In this document: positions 48,776-60,212 of the stretch, piece after piece | Layout: the number at the start of each line of letters is the position of its first letter | Numbering within the stretch: the first letter of the stretch is position 1 | Source: a candidate division FCPU426 bacterium | GTDB taxonomy: Bacteria > Oederibacteriota > Muellerivitia > Muellerivitales > Muellerivitaceae | Direction of reading: 5' to 3' | Length of the DNA stretch: 64,000 nt | NCBI GenBank assembly: GCA_963771075.1 | Contig: CAVYSE010000024.1 | Location: 115,867 to 179,866 of the forward strand | Program-made: the position numbers and the translations under genes | The notes under the pieces: model-generated | What the model was told of the DNA's origin: nothing | The model's input: only the letters and a program-made list of their open reading frames with translations | Database searches by the model: none

Positions 48776-51700
48776 TTAATGCACCACGACGATCTTGAGG
48801 ATCTTGTAGCCGATCAAGCCGCCTTGGGCATTGGTGGCGTCCACCACCGCGAAATAAAGCCCGCTCGCCTTTCCTGTCGCGTCCCACTGGGCGCTGCTAC
48901 TTCCCGAATTTCCAGGCGTCCGGTGCAAAACCAGCTCCCCAGCCGTATCGTATATCCGGTAATCCAGCGTTAACCCAGGCACATTCGAGATGAAGGTCAC
49001 CTGATATCCCGTCCCCCCGTTCAAAAAGTTCGGTTCCGCCAGGATATTCCCCATCCCCGAGTTCGCCGTATCCGACATCACCATGACGTGGGCCGTCAAG
49101 ACGGTCTCCCCGCCGGTCCCACTCTGTTCGCTCGCCTCAATGAAGTACTGGCCCGACGGCACCACCTCGCCGTTGTCACTTGTCCCATCCCACACGATGG
49201 TCATCCCGTTATTAAGGGTAATCGTCAATTGGGTCGGAATGTTCCCGGTTACCGGCCCGCTCGTGGGCTCAATACTCGATGACGACAACTGCAACTGGCT
49301 GGCCGTACCCGCCACGGGGTTGCTCGAGTATACATACAGGGTCTTCACCACTTCCCCGGCCTCGTTGTAGATCTTTACCGCCACCTTGATCAAGGTTCGG
49401 TTCACGATCACCGACTGGGTCACGCTCGTATCCACCCCCATATTGCTGATGCTGTCCACCTTCACGTAGTACTCCCCGTTCGGCACCGGGTTTCCCGAGG
49501 AATCGCTTCCGTTCCAGGTTCCGATGGGCACTCCTCCGAAAATCACCGTCGTCATGCTTCCCGTTCCGCTCACCTGTGTGATCGATCCCGAGCTCAAATT
49601 GAACGAATTGATCGCCTGCGAATATTGGCTCACTGGCAGGGATTCCACCAATTCCCCCGCCTCGTTATAAATTCCGATTTTTACTGAATACTGGCCAATG
49701 ATTTGGGTCGTCACGCAGGTGCTGGCCGTGCCGCCCTCATAATTAGCCGTTGCGCAATTTCGGATGGTGATCCCCGCCGCCACCAGGTTGTTTACTGCGG
49801 CCTGGTAGGCCATTTGGTATTGCCCGGGCGCCAGGGGCGAGGGCATCGCCCAGGTCATGAGGGAGGCCGCCGAGTTATAAACCGGGGTCACCCCCGACGG
49901 CGACATGCCGAATGATTGGAAAGTAAGGTTCGCCGGAAGCGGATCCGTCACGATTAAGCCGTAAACATCGCTGTTGATGACGTTTAAGGTCAGGGTATAA
50001 ACCAACCCCGATCCGGCGCCCGCACTGTTGGCGGAAACTTGTTTGTTAATGGTAACCATCCCTAAGGGGGTGAAGGTCGCCGTGGCCGTATCAGTCGATG
50101 TGGGGGTGACCGTGGGAGTCGCGGTGAAAGTATAGGTCGAGGTATTGGTGAAAGTAGATGTCGGAGTCGGGGTTTGGGTCCGGGTGGGGGTAGAGGTTTC
50201 AGAGGGGGTGGGGGACGCCGTATCCGTCCAAGTGGGGGTGGCGGTCGGGGTATCCGTCCATGTCCGGGTAGCGGTCGGAGAGGGAGTCTTCGAGGGGGTG
50301 AAAGTTTCCGTTGAGGTCAGGGTCGTGGTAGGCGTCATCGTCGGGGTGACCGTCTGGGTGAGGGTCGGTGTAAAGGTCATCGTGAAGGTATTCGTGGAGG
50401 TCTTGGTCAGGGTCTGGGTCATGGTCTCCGTGGGAGTTTGGGATGGAGTCACGGTCAAGGTCTGCGTGGGCGTCACCGTTTCCGTAGGAGTACAGGTTTG
50501 GGTGGTGGTGTTCGTCCAGGTGAGGGTGTTGGTTTCGGTGTGGGTCAAAGTTTGGGTCAGGGTATAGGTTTGCGTGGAAGTCACCGTCACCGTCGGGGTT
50601 TCAGTATCGGTGAGCGTAAAGACGGGGGTTTCCGTCCAGGTCGGGGTGACCGTGACGGTGGGCGTGTTGGTGAGGGTGTGGGTCAGCGTGGGTGTCAACG
50701 TCGGCGTGACCGTCAGGGTGATCGAGGGTGTCACCGTGAGTGTCCAAGTGTTGGTCAGGGTGTATGTATTCGTGGGAGTCTTCGTGTGGGTTGGGGTAGG
50801 CGTAACGGTCAGTGTATTCGTATTGGTGGGCGTCACCGTGATGGTGGGGGTATAGATGGGGGTGATCGTGTTCGTGTTCGTTTGGGTCACCGTAAGGGTA
50901 TGGGTATTCGTCAGCGTATAGGTGTTCGTCGGGGTCACGGTAAGGGTTCGGGTGGGTGATACCGTGGGCGTATAGGTTGCCGTCACCGTAAACGTATTGG
51001 TAGGTGTGACCGACGGGGTAAAGGTTTTTGTCACTGTATAGGTTTGCGTGGGAGTCACTGTGGGTGTCACCGAATGGGTGTTCGTCGGGGTATTCGTCGG
51101 GCTGTTCGTGGGCGAAATCGTCGGTGTGAGGGTGGGAGTCCGGGTGGGGGTAAAGGTGGAAGTATGGGTGAGTGTGGGGGTTTTCGTGAAGGTATTGGTG
51201 GCGCAAAGCATAACAGCCGTAACGGCATTGGAGGTCACCGCCGCGTCGGAATCGGCGGAAATAACCGCTTGGTTGATGTAAGTCACCGCGTCCTGGGTCC
51301 CTGGGCAGGTGGCCGTACCCGTCCAGGTAATGGCGCCCGTCAGGTTATAAAGGGTCCCCGGAAAACTCCACGAAAGCGGGGGTCCCAGCGAAAAGACTAC
51401 GTTTGAAGCGCCCGCGCTGACGGTGCTGGAACCGCTATAAGTCATATTCGGCGGCACGGTATCGGTGAGTTTCGTGTTCACCACCGCGTCGTCGTAGAAA
51501 AGCTTGAGGTTGCCGTAATCGTTCTGGCCCGAGGAGGCGTCCGATTGCCATCCCTGCTGCCAAAGGCCGTTGCAAGAAAAACCCGCGGTTTGGGCCGCCG
51601 GCACGGCGCAGTTGACGGTCCAGACGCCGGCTCCCGGGTCTCCCTTTTTCCACAGCTGGAGCAGAACATTGAAAGTGCCGGTACCGGGATTGTAGCTGAC

Positions 51701-53221
51701 GGTCCCGTTCATGGTGTACCATTGGCCCGCTTGGACCGGCGGCATGGTGCCGTTGCCGCATCCCCAATATTGGTTGGCCCCATTGTTGACCTGTACCGCC
51801 AGGTAGGCGTCGGCGTTCGAGCCGATGTAGTTGTCGATCGACATCACGCCCATGAGGGCCTGGGTCACGCCCCCGTTGACCTGGTAGGCGAGTACCATCG
51901 TGGCATCCCCGCCGACCCCCGCCCCGGGAGCCGTTGTGGGGATCATCAAGTCCCCTTCCACACTGAAACTGTTGCAAACGCTGACCCCGCCGCTTCTTAA
52001 AAAAAGCGGGTATTCCCCGCCCGCGCCGGAATCGTATTGAGTCTGGGAAGTCAGGTAAGTGCTGCCGTCCGGGTTTTGGGCGACCTTCCAATTGCCCGTG
52101 GCCCCGTCGGAGGTCGCGGGGATGATGGTATAGGTGGCGCCACCGTAACCCGTAATGGCCGTGCCGGTTTGGCCGGTTTCGCCGTTGTAGGAATCATAGT
52201 ACTGGAGGCTGGACCCGCTGATGTTGTAGGCGAGGACATAGTTCTGGGTCCCCCCCGAGGCCAGGCTGTTGGCCGATTGCTGTTTCGTCAATTGGAACCC
52301 GCTCCCGTTCACCGCGGAAGTGGCCGTGTTCGAGGTGAGGCTGGCCCCTGAACCCGTTAAAGTGATTTTGGCCGCGTTGCTGATGGTGCCGCTGGAGGCC
52401 GTGACCTTACCCAAAAACCATACCTCGCCCTTGGCCTCGTCAGCGCTTCCGGGCACGGTCCAGGAAAGGTTCCCGCCGGTGTTGACCGGGTTGACCCCCG
52501 GAGGCCCCATCTGCACGAAGGTGACCCCGGGCGGAACGGTATCGGTGATGACGCCCCCGGCCGGGCTGTTGACGAAATCGTAATCGATGTTGAAGAGCAC
52601 CAAGTCGCCCGTGGACGCGCTTTTGCCCTCCGCGTCTTTTTCAAGGCTGAGAATGGTAGCCGGCGGAGCGGTAATGACGATGGGAATGTCGGCGAATTCC
52701 CCGGCCCCGGGTTGGGTGCCGCAGCCCAAATAATAACTCCCCGTGGCGATATTCAGGTAATAAGTGCCGCCGTAAGCGGCCTCGAGGGGTAGTGTCAGGT
52801 TCCATGTTTTTGTCAGAGTCGTGCAAACTCCGCCATCCGTATCGGCGGGAGTGGTCACTAAACCCGCGCCCTCCCCGGTGCATCCCGTTGGGCAGGGATC
52901 CTTTTCATCGAGATCGGTTCCGTTGACATCCACCAAATATTCCTGGCCCGCCAGGGAACAGGCCGTAAGGGTGGGGGCGGTGTTGAGCAAGACTTCCCAA
53001 AGGGAGGTGCCATAGGACGTGTTGCAATAATTGACCGTGAGCGTGAAAGCTTGGCCGGGCAGGGGATTTGTCGGGGAGATGCTATAGCTTTGGATCGTTT
53101 GTGCCAGGGCAATGGGGGCAACGGCAAAGAATGCCAATAGGAACCCCATGCACGATTTTCCAATCATGATGGCCCATCGGCGTTTAAAAGCGCTCCCCAT
53201 CCCAGCCGTTTTCGTGCTCAT
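48776..53221 (-). CDS. Large secreted protein: DUF11-like domains, Thr/Pro linker, three FlgD/T9SS-CTD-like domains
   Basis: Signal peptide; ITDTVP motifs; IYNEAGE(L/V)V twice; YDTAGELV..WD...ASGLYF..KIVV. Confidence 0.85.
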   Translation of the reverse strand: MSTKTAGMGSAFKRRWAIMIGKSCMGFLLAFFAVAPIALAQTIQSYSISPTNPLPGQAFTLTVNYCNTSYGTSLWEVLLNTAPTLTACSLAGQEYLVDVNGTDLDEKDPCPTGCTGEGAGLVTTPADTDGGVCTTLTKTWNLTLPLEAAYGGTYYLNIATGSYYLGCGTQPGAGEFADIPIVITAPPATILSLEKDAEGKSASTGDLVLFNIDYDFVNSPAGGVITDTVPPGVTFVQMGPPGVNPVNTGGNLSWTVPGSADEAKGEVWFLGKVTASSGTISNAAKITLTGSGASLTSNTATSAVNGSGFQLTKQQSANSLASGGTQNYVLAYNISGSSLQYYDSYNGETGQTGTAITGYGGATYTIIPATSDGATGNWKVAQNPDGSTYLTSQTQYDSGAGGEYPLFLRSGGVSVCNSFSVEGDLMIPTTAPGAGVGGDATMVLAYQVNGGVTQALMGVMSIDNYIGSNADAYLAVQVNNGANQYWGCGNGTMPPVQAGQWYTMNGTVSYNPGTGTFNVLLQLWKKGDPGAGVWTVNCAVPAAQTAGFSCNGLWQQGWQSDASSGQNDYGNLKLFYDDAVVNTKLTDTVPPNMTYSGSSTVSAGASNVVFSLGPPLSWSFPGTLYNLTGAITWTGTATCPGTQDAVTYINQAVISADSDAAVTSNAVTAVMLCATNTFTKTPTLTHTSTFTPTRTPTLTPTISPTNSPTNTPTNTHSVTPTVTPTQTYTVTKTFTPSVTPTNTFTVTATYTPTVSPTRTLTVTPTNTYTLTNTHTLTVTQTNTNTITPIYTPTITVTPTNTNTLTVTPTPTHTKTPTNTYTLTNTWTLTVTPSITLTVTPTLTPTLTHTLTNTPTVTVTPTWTETPVFTLTDTETPTVTVTSTQTYTLTQTLTHTETNTLTWTNTTTQTCTPTETVTPTQTLTVTPSQTPTETMTQTLTKTSTNTFTMTFTPTLTQTVTPTMTPTTTLTSTETFTPSKTPSPTATRTWTDTPTATPTWTDTASPTPSETSTPTRTQTPTPTSTFTNTSTYTFTATPTVTPTSTDTATATFTPLGMVTINKQVSANSAGAGSGLVYTLTLNVINSDVYGLIVTDPLPANLTFQSFGMSPSGVTPVYNSAASLMTWAMPSPLAPGQYQMAYQAAVNNLVAAGITIRNCATANYEGGTASTCVTTQIIGQYSVKIGIYNEAGELVESLPVSQYSQAINSFNLSSGSITQVSGTGSMTTVIFGGVPIGTWNGSDSSGNPVPNGEYYVKVDSISNMGVDTSVTQSVIVNRTLIKVAVKIYNEAGEVVKTLYVYSSNPVAGTASQLQLSSSSIEPTSGPVTGNIPTQLTITLNNGMTIVWDGTSDNGEVVPSGQYFIEASEQSGTGGETVLTAHVMVMSDTANSGMGNILAEPNFLNGGTGYQVTFISNVPGLTLDYRIYDTAGELVLHRTPGNSGSSSAQWDATGKASGLYFAVVDATNAQGGLIGYKILKIVVVH

Positions 53222-53265
53222 CCAATACCTTTCTTTAACTTAAGATCCAAAACCCATTCTCACCA

Positions 53266-53545
53266 TTAATGCGCCACAACGATCTTGAGGATCTTGTAGC
53301 CGATCAAACCACCCTGGGCGTTGGTTGCGTCCACCACCGCGAAATAAAGGCCGCTGGCCTTCCCCGTCGCGTCCCATTGGGCGCCGCTGCTTCCCGCGTT
53401 TCCAGGCGTCCGGCGCGTGACCAGTTCCCCGGCCGTGTCATAAACCCTGTAATGCAGTGTCAATCCCGGCACATTCGAGATGAAGGTCACCCCATATCCC
53501 GTTGCCCCATTTAGAACATTGGGTTCCGCCAGAATATTCCCCATC
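53266..53545 (-). pseudogene. Last domain of a third paralog, cut at a sequence junction
   Basis: Near-identical to final 92 aa of 48776 protein. Confidence 0.8.
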
Positions 53546-53549
53546 TCCA

Positions 53550-53985
53550 GACGCTTGGAGCGGCATGTTATACTCTGCCCGCTGAAGCAGCCACGATGGG
53601 TAGCCGCCGTTACGCCACTCGTTGCAAATCACCGGCCCCGGACGCAGAATAAGTTTAAAGCCCAGCTCGTGCGTCAGCTTTAACAAACCGATGAGATCGC
53701 GGCGCGGGTCGGTTGCGCCGGTGAAGTCCAACACGCCCTCGGAAGGCGCATGCCAGTTCCAGATAACGTAGAGATCGACCGTATTGATGCCGAGGCGCTT
53801 ATATTCCAGGAGCGCCGCATGCCATTGGTCGCGAGGGATACGTTCGTAGAAGAAGGCGGCACCGTAGATGAAGAAGGGGCGCCCATCAACGCTAAAGACG
53901 GGATAGCCGTGGTCGGAGATCACCCGCGAGACGTTCCAGTTCGACCATCCCTGCACGGCGGCGGCACGCGTCGCAATCGGAGTAC
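53550..53985 (-). CDS. GH35 beta-galactosidase N-terminal part (truncated at junction)
   Basis: Y.RIPRDQW, G.NTV..YV.WNWH, RPGP.IC.EW..GG.P.WL. Confidence 0.85.
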
Positions 53986-55344
53986 CACGGCCAGCAGCAA
54001 CGCGAGCAAGAACGGCCACCAGCGCTGCATTCGCGCTGCGACGAGATAGACGATCGACCCGCAGATCAGCCAGCCGGCTCCCAGCGCGATTGCACCGTAG
54101 CCGGTCGCAACGAACGCTAACGCCCACCCGCCCAGTGCAAGTAGCGCCGGAAACGGATAAAGCGGCATTCTAAAGGGCCCGCTCGCCCCTCGCGCGCGCA
54201 GCACCGCTAGGGCGACGATCTGCGCGATGCCTTGGATGAGCACGATGCCCGCGGTTAAGAACGCGATAACTTGATCGAGGGTGAAAAGGCTCGCGATCAG
54301 CGATAATGCTCCGACCGTCAGCAAAGCGACGTGCGGAAAATCTTTTCGCGGATGCAGCCTGCCGAAAATCGGAAGAAATGCGCCATCTCGAGCCGCGGCG
54401 AACGAAATCCGCGAGAACCCGAGAAGGTTACCGTACAGCGAGGCAAAGGCCGTCACCAGGACGAGTACCGTAACCGCGAGCGCGGCGCCGCCGACCCCAG
54501 GTTCGCTCGACGACGAAGGCCCCCACGTACTGCGCCTGCGTGGTGGGCTGACCGTGCGCGTCGAGCAGGGATTGCCACGGCACGACGCCCAGCACGCCGA
54601 TCTGCAACAGCACGTAAAGCGTCGCGACAGAGGACCGAGATGAGAATCGAGCGCTTGGAATCGTACGCACCGGATCCATGACCTCGTCGCCAATCAGCGC
54701 GGCCTCCGATAGCCCGCGTAATCGTACAGCGTAATGACAGCGCTTGACCAAAGCCGCCAAGAAACCGAGCGCCGAACGCACCGGTAGGCGAGATGAAAAA
54801 CTTGTGGAAATCCGGCGTGCGAAAGCCCCGCCAGCGCGATGAGCGCGACGCGTAAGACTGCCGCAGCTAGCCGCGAAGCACTAACTCAGCGACGCAACTT
54901 GCGACGTTCGACGATAGACAAGAACCATCGTGACGATTCCCATTCCGACCGCCACCGCGTCGTGCGCAAACGAGGATGGAGCCGAGCGCGGGATACAGTA
55001 GGCGGCGTAGTTCGCGAAGCCGATGTAGCCGCTGGCAGAGGACGGCGTCGCAAAGAAACGAACTGCCAGTTGAAGAGAAACGCGAGCATTCTCCCAGCCG
55101 CTCGCGTCCGAAGAACGTTGCGCAGGTACACGTACGTTCCGCCCGACCGGGATAGCGCGCAGACGAGTTCCGCCCACACGAGGCCGTCGCACATGGAGAC
55201 CAGTGCACCCGCGATCCAGCCGATCAGCGCGAGCGGCCCTCCCAGCGCCGCAACGACCAATGGGATCGTTACCAGCGGTCCAATCCCGATCATCGTAATG
55301 ACGTTGATCGAAACCGCGGCGCGTAGATCGATAGCGCGCTTCAT
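53986..55344 (-). CDS. APC-family amino acid permease (frameshifted)
   Basis: MIGIGP, WAEL...SGGTYVYL, SRI.FAAARDG pieces in several frames. Confidence 0.8.
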
Positions 55345-55381
55345 CTAGGCGCATGCTGTTCGTGCGACGAAGCTCATCGCC

Positions 55382-56425
55382 ATGCAGGAACGCTCGGATA
55401 TCGCGCGCCTTCTCGGGCTCGCTAGGCGATGTCCGCGTCGACTTCGTCGAGAGCGCGGCGCTCGCGGGAAATCCCCTCGGCGATCCGGCGACGCGGCCGG
55501 TCGCCGTCTATCTCCCTCCGGACTACGATCCGCAGGGCTCGCGGCGCTATCCCGTTCTCTACGTTCTGCACGGTTACACCGGCGACGTTGCGGCGCTGAT
55601 CTCGACGCGGCCGTGGGAGACGAACGTCGTCCAGTGGGCCGACCGCCTGATGCACAAGAGCGATGCCGCCGGCGATGCTTGTGCTCGTCGACGGTTTCAC
55701 GCGGTTGGGCGGCTCGCAGTACGTCGACTCGATCCACAACGGTGACTACGCGACCTACACCGTGCGCGACGTCGTCGGTCACGTCGACCGCTCTATCGCA
55801 CGATTGCGCGCGAAGGCGGCACGCGCGGTCGTTCGGCAAATCTTCGGGCGGATTCGGCGCGATGCACTCGTCATGGAGCATCCCGGGACTTTGCGGCGTT
55901 CGCCTCGCACAGCGGCGACTCGTACTTTCGATACGCGCATCCGCCGGCGTTTCGCGACCGTGCATCGCACGCTGGAAGCGCACGAGTTTCGATATCGCCG
56001 GCCTTCGTCGAGGCCTTCGAGCGCAAGCACAAGCGCGTGCGGCCGGAGTATACGACGATGGAGATGCTGGGCTACGCCGCCGCCTATTCGCCGCGGCGGC
56101 GCAAGGCGTTCGACGCTCGACTTGCCGTTCGACTCGGGCACGGGCGAGCTGCGCGACGACGTGTTCGCGCGCTGGCTCGCTTTCGATCCGGCCGAGCGCG
56201 ATCGCGACGCCGCGCGAGGCGCTCGAGCGTCTGCGGCTTGCGCTATCTCGATTGCGGGCGTCGCGACGAATACGGCCTCGACATCGGCGCGCGCGTCGTC
56301 GCGCAGCGGATTCGCGAGCTCGGCTTCAGGTGCGGCACGAGGAATTCGACGACGATCATCGCAACATCGGATACCGGTACGAAATCTCGCTGCCGGCGCT
56401 TGCCGCCGTTCTGGATAACGAATGA
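55382..56425 (+). CDS. Esterase, alpha/beta hydrolase (frameshifted)
   Basis: NPLGDP..R...VYLPP.Y, YPVLY.LHG, GKSSGG, EEFDDDH. Confidence 0.8.
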   Translation: MQERSDIARLLGLARRCPRRLRRERGARGKSPRRSGDAAGRRLSPSGLRSAGLAALSRSLRSARLHRRRCGADLDAAVGDERRPVGRPPDAQERCRRRCLCSSTVSRGWAARSTSTRSTTVTTRPTPCATSSVTSTALSHDCARRRHARSFGKSSGGFGAMHSSWSIPGLCGVRLAQRRLVLSIRASAGVSRPCIARWKRTSFDIAGLRRGLRAQAQARAAGVYDDGDAGLRRRLFAAAAQGVRRSTCRSTRARASCATTCSRAGSLSIRPSAIATPREALERLRLALSRLRASRRIRPRHRRARRRAADSRARLQVRHEEFDDDHRNIGYRYEISLPALAAVLDNE

Positions 56426-57010
56426 CGAAACGCTCGATCTTTCCTCTTCGCCGTCTGCTGCTGGGCCTCGACCGCGGAGCGCCGCGTGCTCGCGCAGGTG
56501 CCGCCGCCCCCCACACCGGCGCCGACCCGCACACCTACACCGATCCCGGCATGACGTTCACGGCTCCGCCCGAACGCGTATCTGGTCGATCGCGTCGAGA
56601 AGTCTCGCTCAACGAGCTGGGCGACGATCTGCAAGCCGTCGCCATGTGGGTGCTTACGGCCGGGCCAGGAGGATGTCGCGTACGATCCAGCTCGCGATGG
56701 AAGCCTTCAACGGTCCGGCCCAATCAATGGGAGGCGCAGTTCGAAAGCCAGACCCATAGTTCGCAAGACGGCGCGCTGATCAAAAACCAGACACCGATGA
56801 CGCTGCTCAACGGGATGCCGGCAACGTACGTCGAGGTTGCCTACGGAAGCGGATTCGATGCGCGCAAAGAGTACGCGATCACTTGGGCCGATGGACAACG
56901 CGGCGTCGTTCTCGCGGAAACGGCACGGATCGGCGACGTCACCGCTGATGAGGCCGACGAAGCCCTCAAACAGGTGAAGGCAGTTCGCTATCCGCTTAGA
57001 CCAGCCATAG
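56422..57010 (+). CDS. Hypothetical secreted protein (frameshifted)
   Basis: Conserved with inverted copy at 63445-64000. Confidence 0.55.
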
Positions 57011-58155
57011 CCTCGAGCGGCTTGCGCGGAGATCGTCGAGCAGATCCTCGACGTCTTCGATGCCGACTGAAAGACGAAGAAGCCCGTCGGTAACGCCGCG
57101 CCGTTCGCGATCTTCCTTCGGAATCGAGCCGTGCGTCATGCGCGCCGGATGGCAGATCAGCGATTCGACGCCGCCGAGGCTCTCGGCGAGGCTGAAGAAC
57201 TTCAAGCGGCTGCGCGAAATCGAGCGCGCGCTCTCGCGGCCCCTGGAGCACGAACGAGACCATGCCGCCGAAGCCGCTCATCTGGCGCTTCGCGAGCTCG
57301 TGCTGCGGATGCGATCGCAAGGCCGGGATAGTAGCACGCGCTCGACTTCGGCGTGCGTTTCGAGGAACTCGGCGACATCGTGCGCGTTCTGCGCGTGCTC
57401 GCGCATGCGCACCGCGAGCGTCTTGGCCCGCGCATCGACGAGCCAAGCGTCGAACGGTCCGGGGACGCCGCCGACGGCGTTTTGATGGAACTTGATCGGC
57501 TCGTGCGATCGCGGCGTCGTCGTGATCGCGACGCCGCCGACGACGTCGCTGTGGCCGTCCATGTATTTGGTCGTCGAGTGAACGACGACGTCGGCGCCCA
57601 GCTCCAGCGGTTGCTGGAAATACGGCGTCGCGAACGTGTTGTCGACGACGACGAACTGATCCGCGCGTCCTTGCAGCGAGGCGATCGCCGCGATGTCGAT
57701 CAGTTTGAGCAGCGGATTGGTCGGCGTTTCGAGCCAGAGCAGCTTGCGTGTTCGGGCGGATGGCGCGCTGCGACGGCAGCGAGATCGGTCATGTCGACGT
57801 AGGTGAACTCGAGCCCGTAACGTGCGAGCACGCGCGCGAAGAGCCGGTAGGTTCCGCCGTAGAGATCGTCGCGTGACGACGACGTGATCGCCGGCTGAAA
57901 GCAGGTTGAGCATCGCCGAGGTCGCCGCCATTCCGCTCGCAAAGGCGCTGCCGAACTGCGCATCCTCGAGCGAAGCGAGCTGTTGCTCGAGCGCGACGCG
58001 CGTCGGGTTGACCGTGCGGCTGTAGTCGAAGCCTTTGTGCTCGCCGACTCGCGTCTTGCGTATAGGTCGAGGTTTGGTAGATCGGAACGATCGTCGCGCC
58101 GGTCGTCGGGGTCGGCCTCTTGACCGACGTGAATGGCCTTGGTCGCAAACTTCAT
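56996..58155 (-). CDS. metB: Cystathionine gamma-synthase/lyase (frameshifted)
   Basis: YSRT.NPTR, ETPTNP, DNTFATP, HSTTKY..GHSD, AESLGGVES. Confidence 0.85.
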
Positions 58156-59563
58156 GGTCGCGGACGACGTCGGAGCTGGTGGAGAGGAAGCTGATGATGT
58201 CTTGGCGCGTCAGCACGCCGATCGGCTCGCCGTCGTCGGTCACCACGATCGCGGGATTGGCCAGCGTCAGCAGCTTGTAGGCGCGCTCGATCTCTTCGAA
58301 CTGCTCGAGCGCCGGGAACGGCGCGCCCCATCACTTCGCTGACCGGTTGATGGATGATGTCGGCGTGATCGAAGACCGCACTGCATCACGCCCACGTCGT
58401 TGACGCTGCCGACCTGCTCGCGTCCCGCGCATGACCGGGAGCTGCGAGATTTCGTACTTGCGCAGACAGGTCGAGCGCGGTTTTGACCGTGTCGTCGTCG
58501 CTGACGGTGATCAGCGGCGGCAGCGGCGTCTTGCTGCGCAGCACGTCGCCGACCGTCGCGCGGCGCTTGGCATCGGCCAGAAAGCCGTTGGCGATCATCC
58601 AATCGTCGTTGAAGATCTTCGACATGTAGCCGCGGCCGGAATCGGGCAGGATCACGACGACGATTGCGTCGGTCGGCAGCGTCTTTGCGAGCTTCACCGC
58701 GGCGACGGCCGCGGTTCCCGAGGATCCGCCGACGAGCAGCCCTTCTTCGCGCGTGATCCGGCGCGCCATCAAGAAACGAATCGCGATCCGAGACGCGGAC
58801 CATCTCGTCGATGACGCGCAAGTCGACGGTTTCGGGCAGATAGCTCATGCCGATGCCCTCGACCGCGTACGAGCGCGGAATGTCGCCGGAGTAGATCGAG
58901 CCTTCGGGATCGGCGCCGACGACGTGAATCGTTCGGATTTTTTTCTTTCAGGTAGCGCGCCGTGCCGGAGATCGTTCCGCCGGTTCCGATGCCCGCGACG
59001 AAATGCGTGATCGTCGCCGCGCGTCTGCTCCCAAATCTCGGGCCGGTCGTATGATAGTGCGCGTCCGGGATTGAAATGATTGTGAAACTGATTCGGCTGG
59101 AACGCGCCGGGAATCTCCGACGCGAGCCGGTTGGCGACGCCGTAATACGATTCGGGCGAGTCCGGCGAGACGTTGGTGGGCGTGACGACGACGTCGGCCC
59201 CGTAGGCGCGCAGCAGGTCGATCTTTTCCCTCGACATCTTGTCGGGCATCACGAGGATGCAGCGATAGCCGCGAATCGCGGCGGCCATGGCCAGGCCGGT
59301 GCCCGTATTGCCGCTGGTCGGTTCGACGATCGTTCCGCCCGGCTTGAGCAGGCCCTGGCGCTCGGCGGCATCGAGCATCGCGACTGCCGGGCGATCTTTG
59401 ACGCTGCCGCCGGGATTAACGTACTCGACCTTGGCAAGCACGAGGCATGCGGCGCCGTCGGTGACTTTGTTGAGCTTGACGAGCGGCGTGTTGCCGATCG
59501 CTTCAAGCGCGTATTCGCAATAGGCGAGGCCGGTCGTGCGGACGACGGGGCGGTACTTGCCAT
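58152..59563 (-). CDS. cbs: Cystathionine beta-synthase with CBS domains (frameshifted)
   Basis: [33 protein letters not shown]. Confidence 0.88.
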
Positions 59564-59601
59564 AGGAGCGCGCGGCTTCCGCGTGGCGAACACGTTCACC
59601 T

Positions 59602-59956
59602 ATGAAACCGCTCGCTGGCGCGGCTCTCCCTCGCAATCGCGTTGCTGCTGCTTGGCGCTGCCGGGATGCAACAACGACGCGTTGCCGCCGGCTGCCGGAT
59701 TTGCGAGCTGTCGGGAACGTCGTCGATGCCTCGACGAGCGCACCCAGTCCGCGGCGCGATGGTGACGGTCGATACGGTCTTAACGGCGACCACCGACGCG
59801 ACCGGCACGGTTCACGATCGAGAAGGTTCCCAGCGGCATCGTCGACTACGCGGTCGAGGCGACGGGCTACCGGCGCTAACGTCGACGCACGAACGTCGAA
59901 CCCGGCAAGCCGTTCGCAGCTAAATCTGACGCTCACCCAACAGCAGCCCCGCATTA
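59602..59956 (+). CDS. Small lipoprotein, carboxypeptidase-regulatory-like (frameshifted)
   Basis: GCNNDALPPA; T.TTD..G.F; V.A.GY. Confidence 0.5.
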
Positions 59957-59965
59957 GGCGCTCAG

Positions 59966-60205
59966 CTACAACGCGCCGGAGCGCCGGTACGCACTCGCCG
60001 GCTTGACCAGCGTCGCCCGTTCGGCGACCGTGCGATCGATCGATGCCCAGAACGACCGTCGGCAAGATGATCCGGATCGTGACGCACCGTCTCGGTTTCG
60101 CTGATGACGGCGCGCGCGAACGGGTTGCAACCCAATCGCCGCGATGCGCTCCACGTCGGGCTCACGGGCACTTGGCCCTCTTCGCATACGCCGCGAGCAA
60201 TCGCG
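59966..60205 (-). pseudogene. C-terminal fragment resembling YvcK/CofD-family gluconeogenesis factor
   Basis: EEGQVPV.PDVERI..G......VISET.TVRHDP.HLA. Confidence 0.55.
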
Positions 60206-60212
60206 ACGGCGG

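Noticed and set aside
20075..51406. Long Val/Gly-rich or His/Asp-rich ORFs overlapping the Thr/Pro genes
   Set aside because: Shadow frames of low-complexity ACN/CCN codon runs.
53438..54127. Intact 229-aa GH35 ORF
   Set aside because: Both ends are out-of-frame sequence from neighbouring genes, one across the junction.
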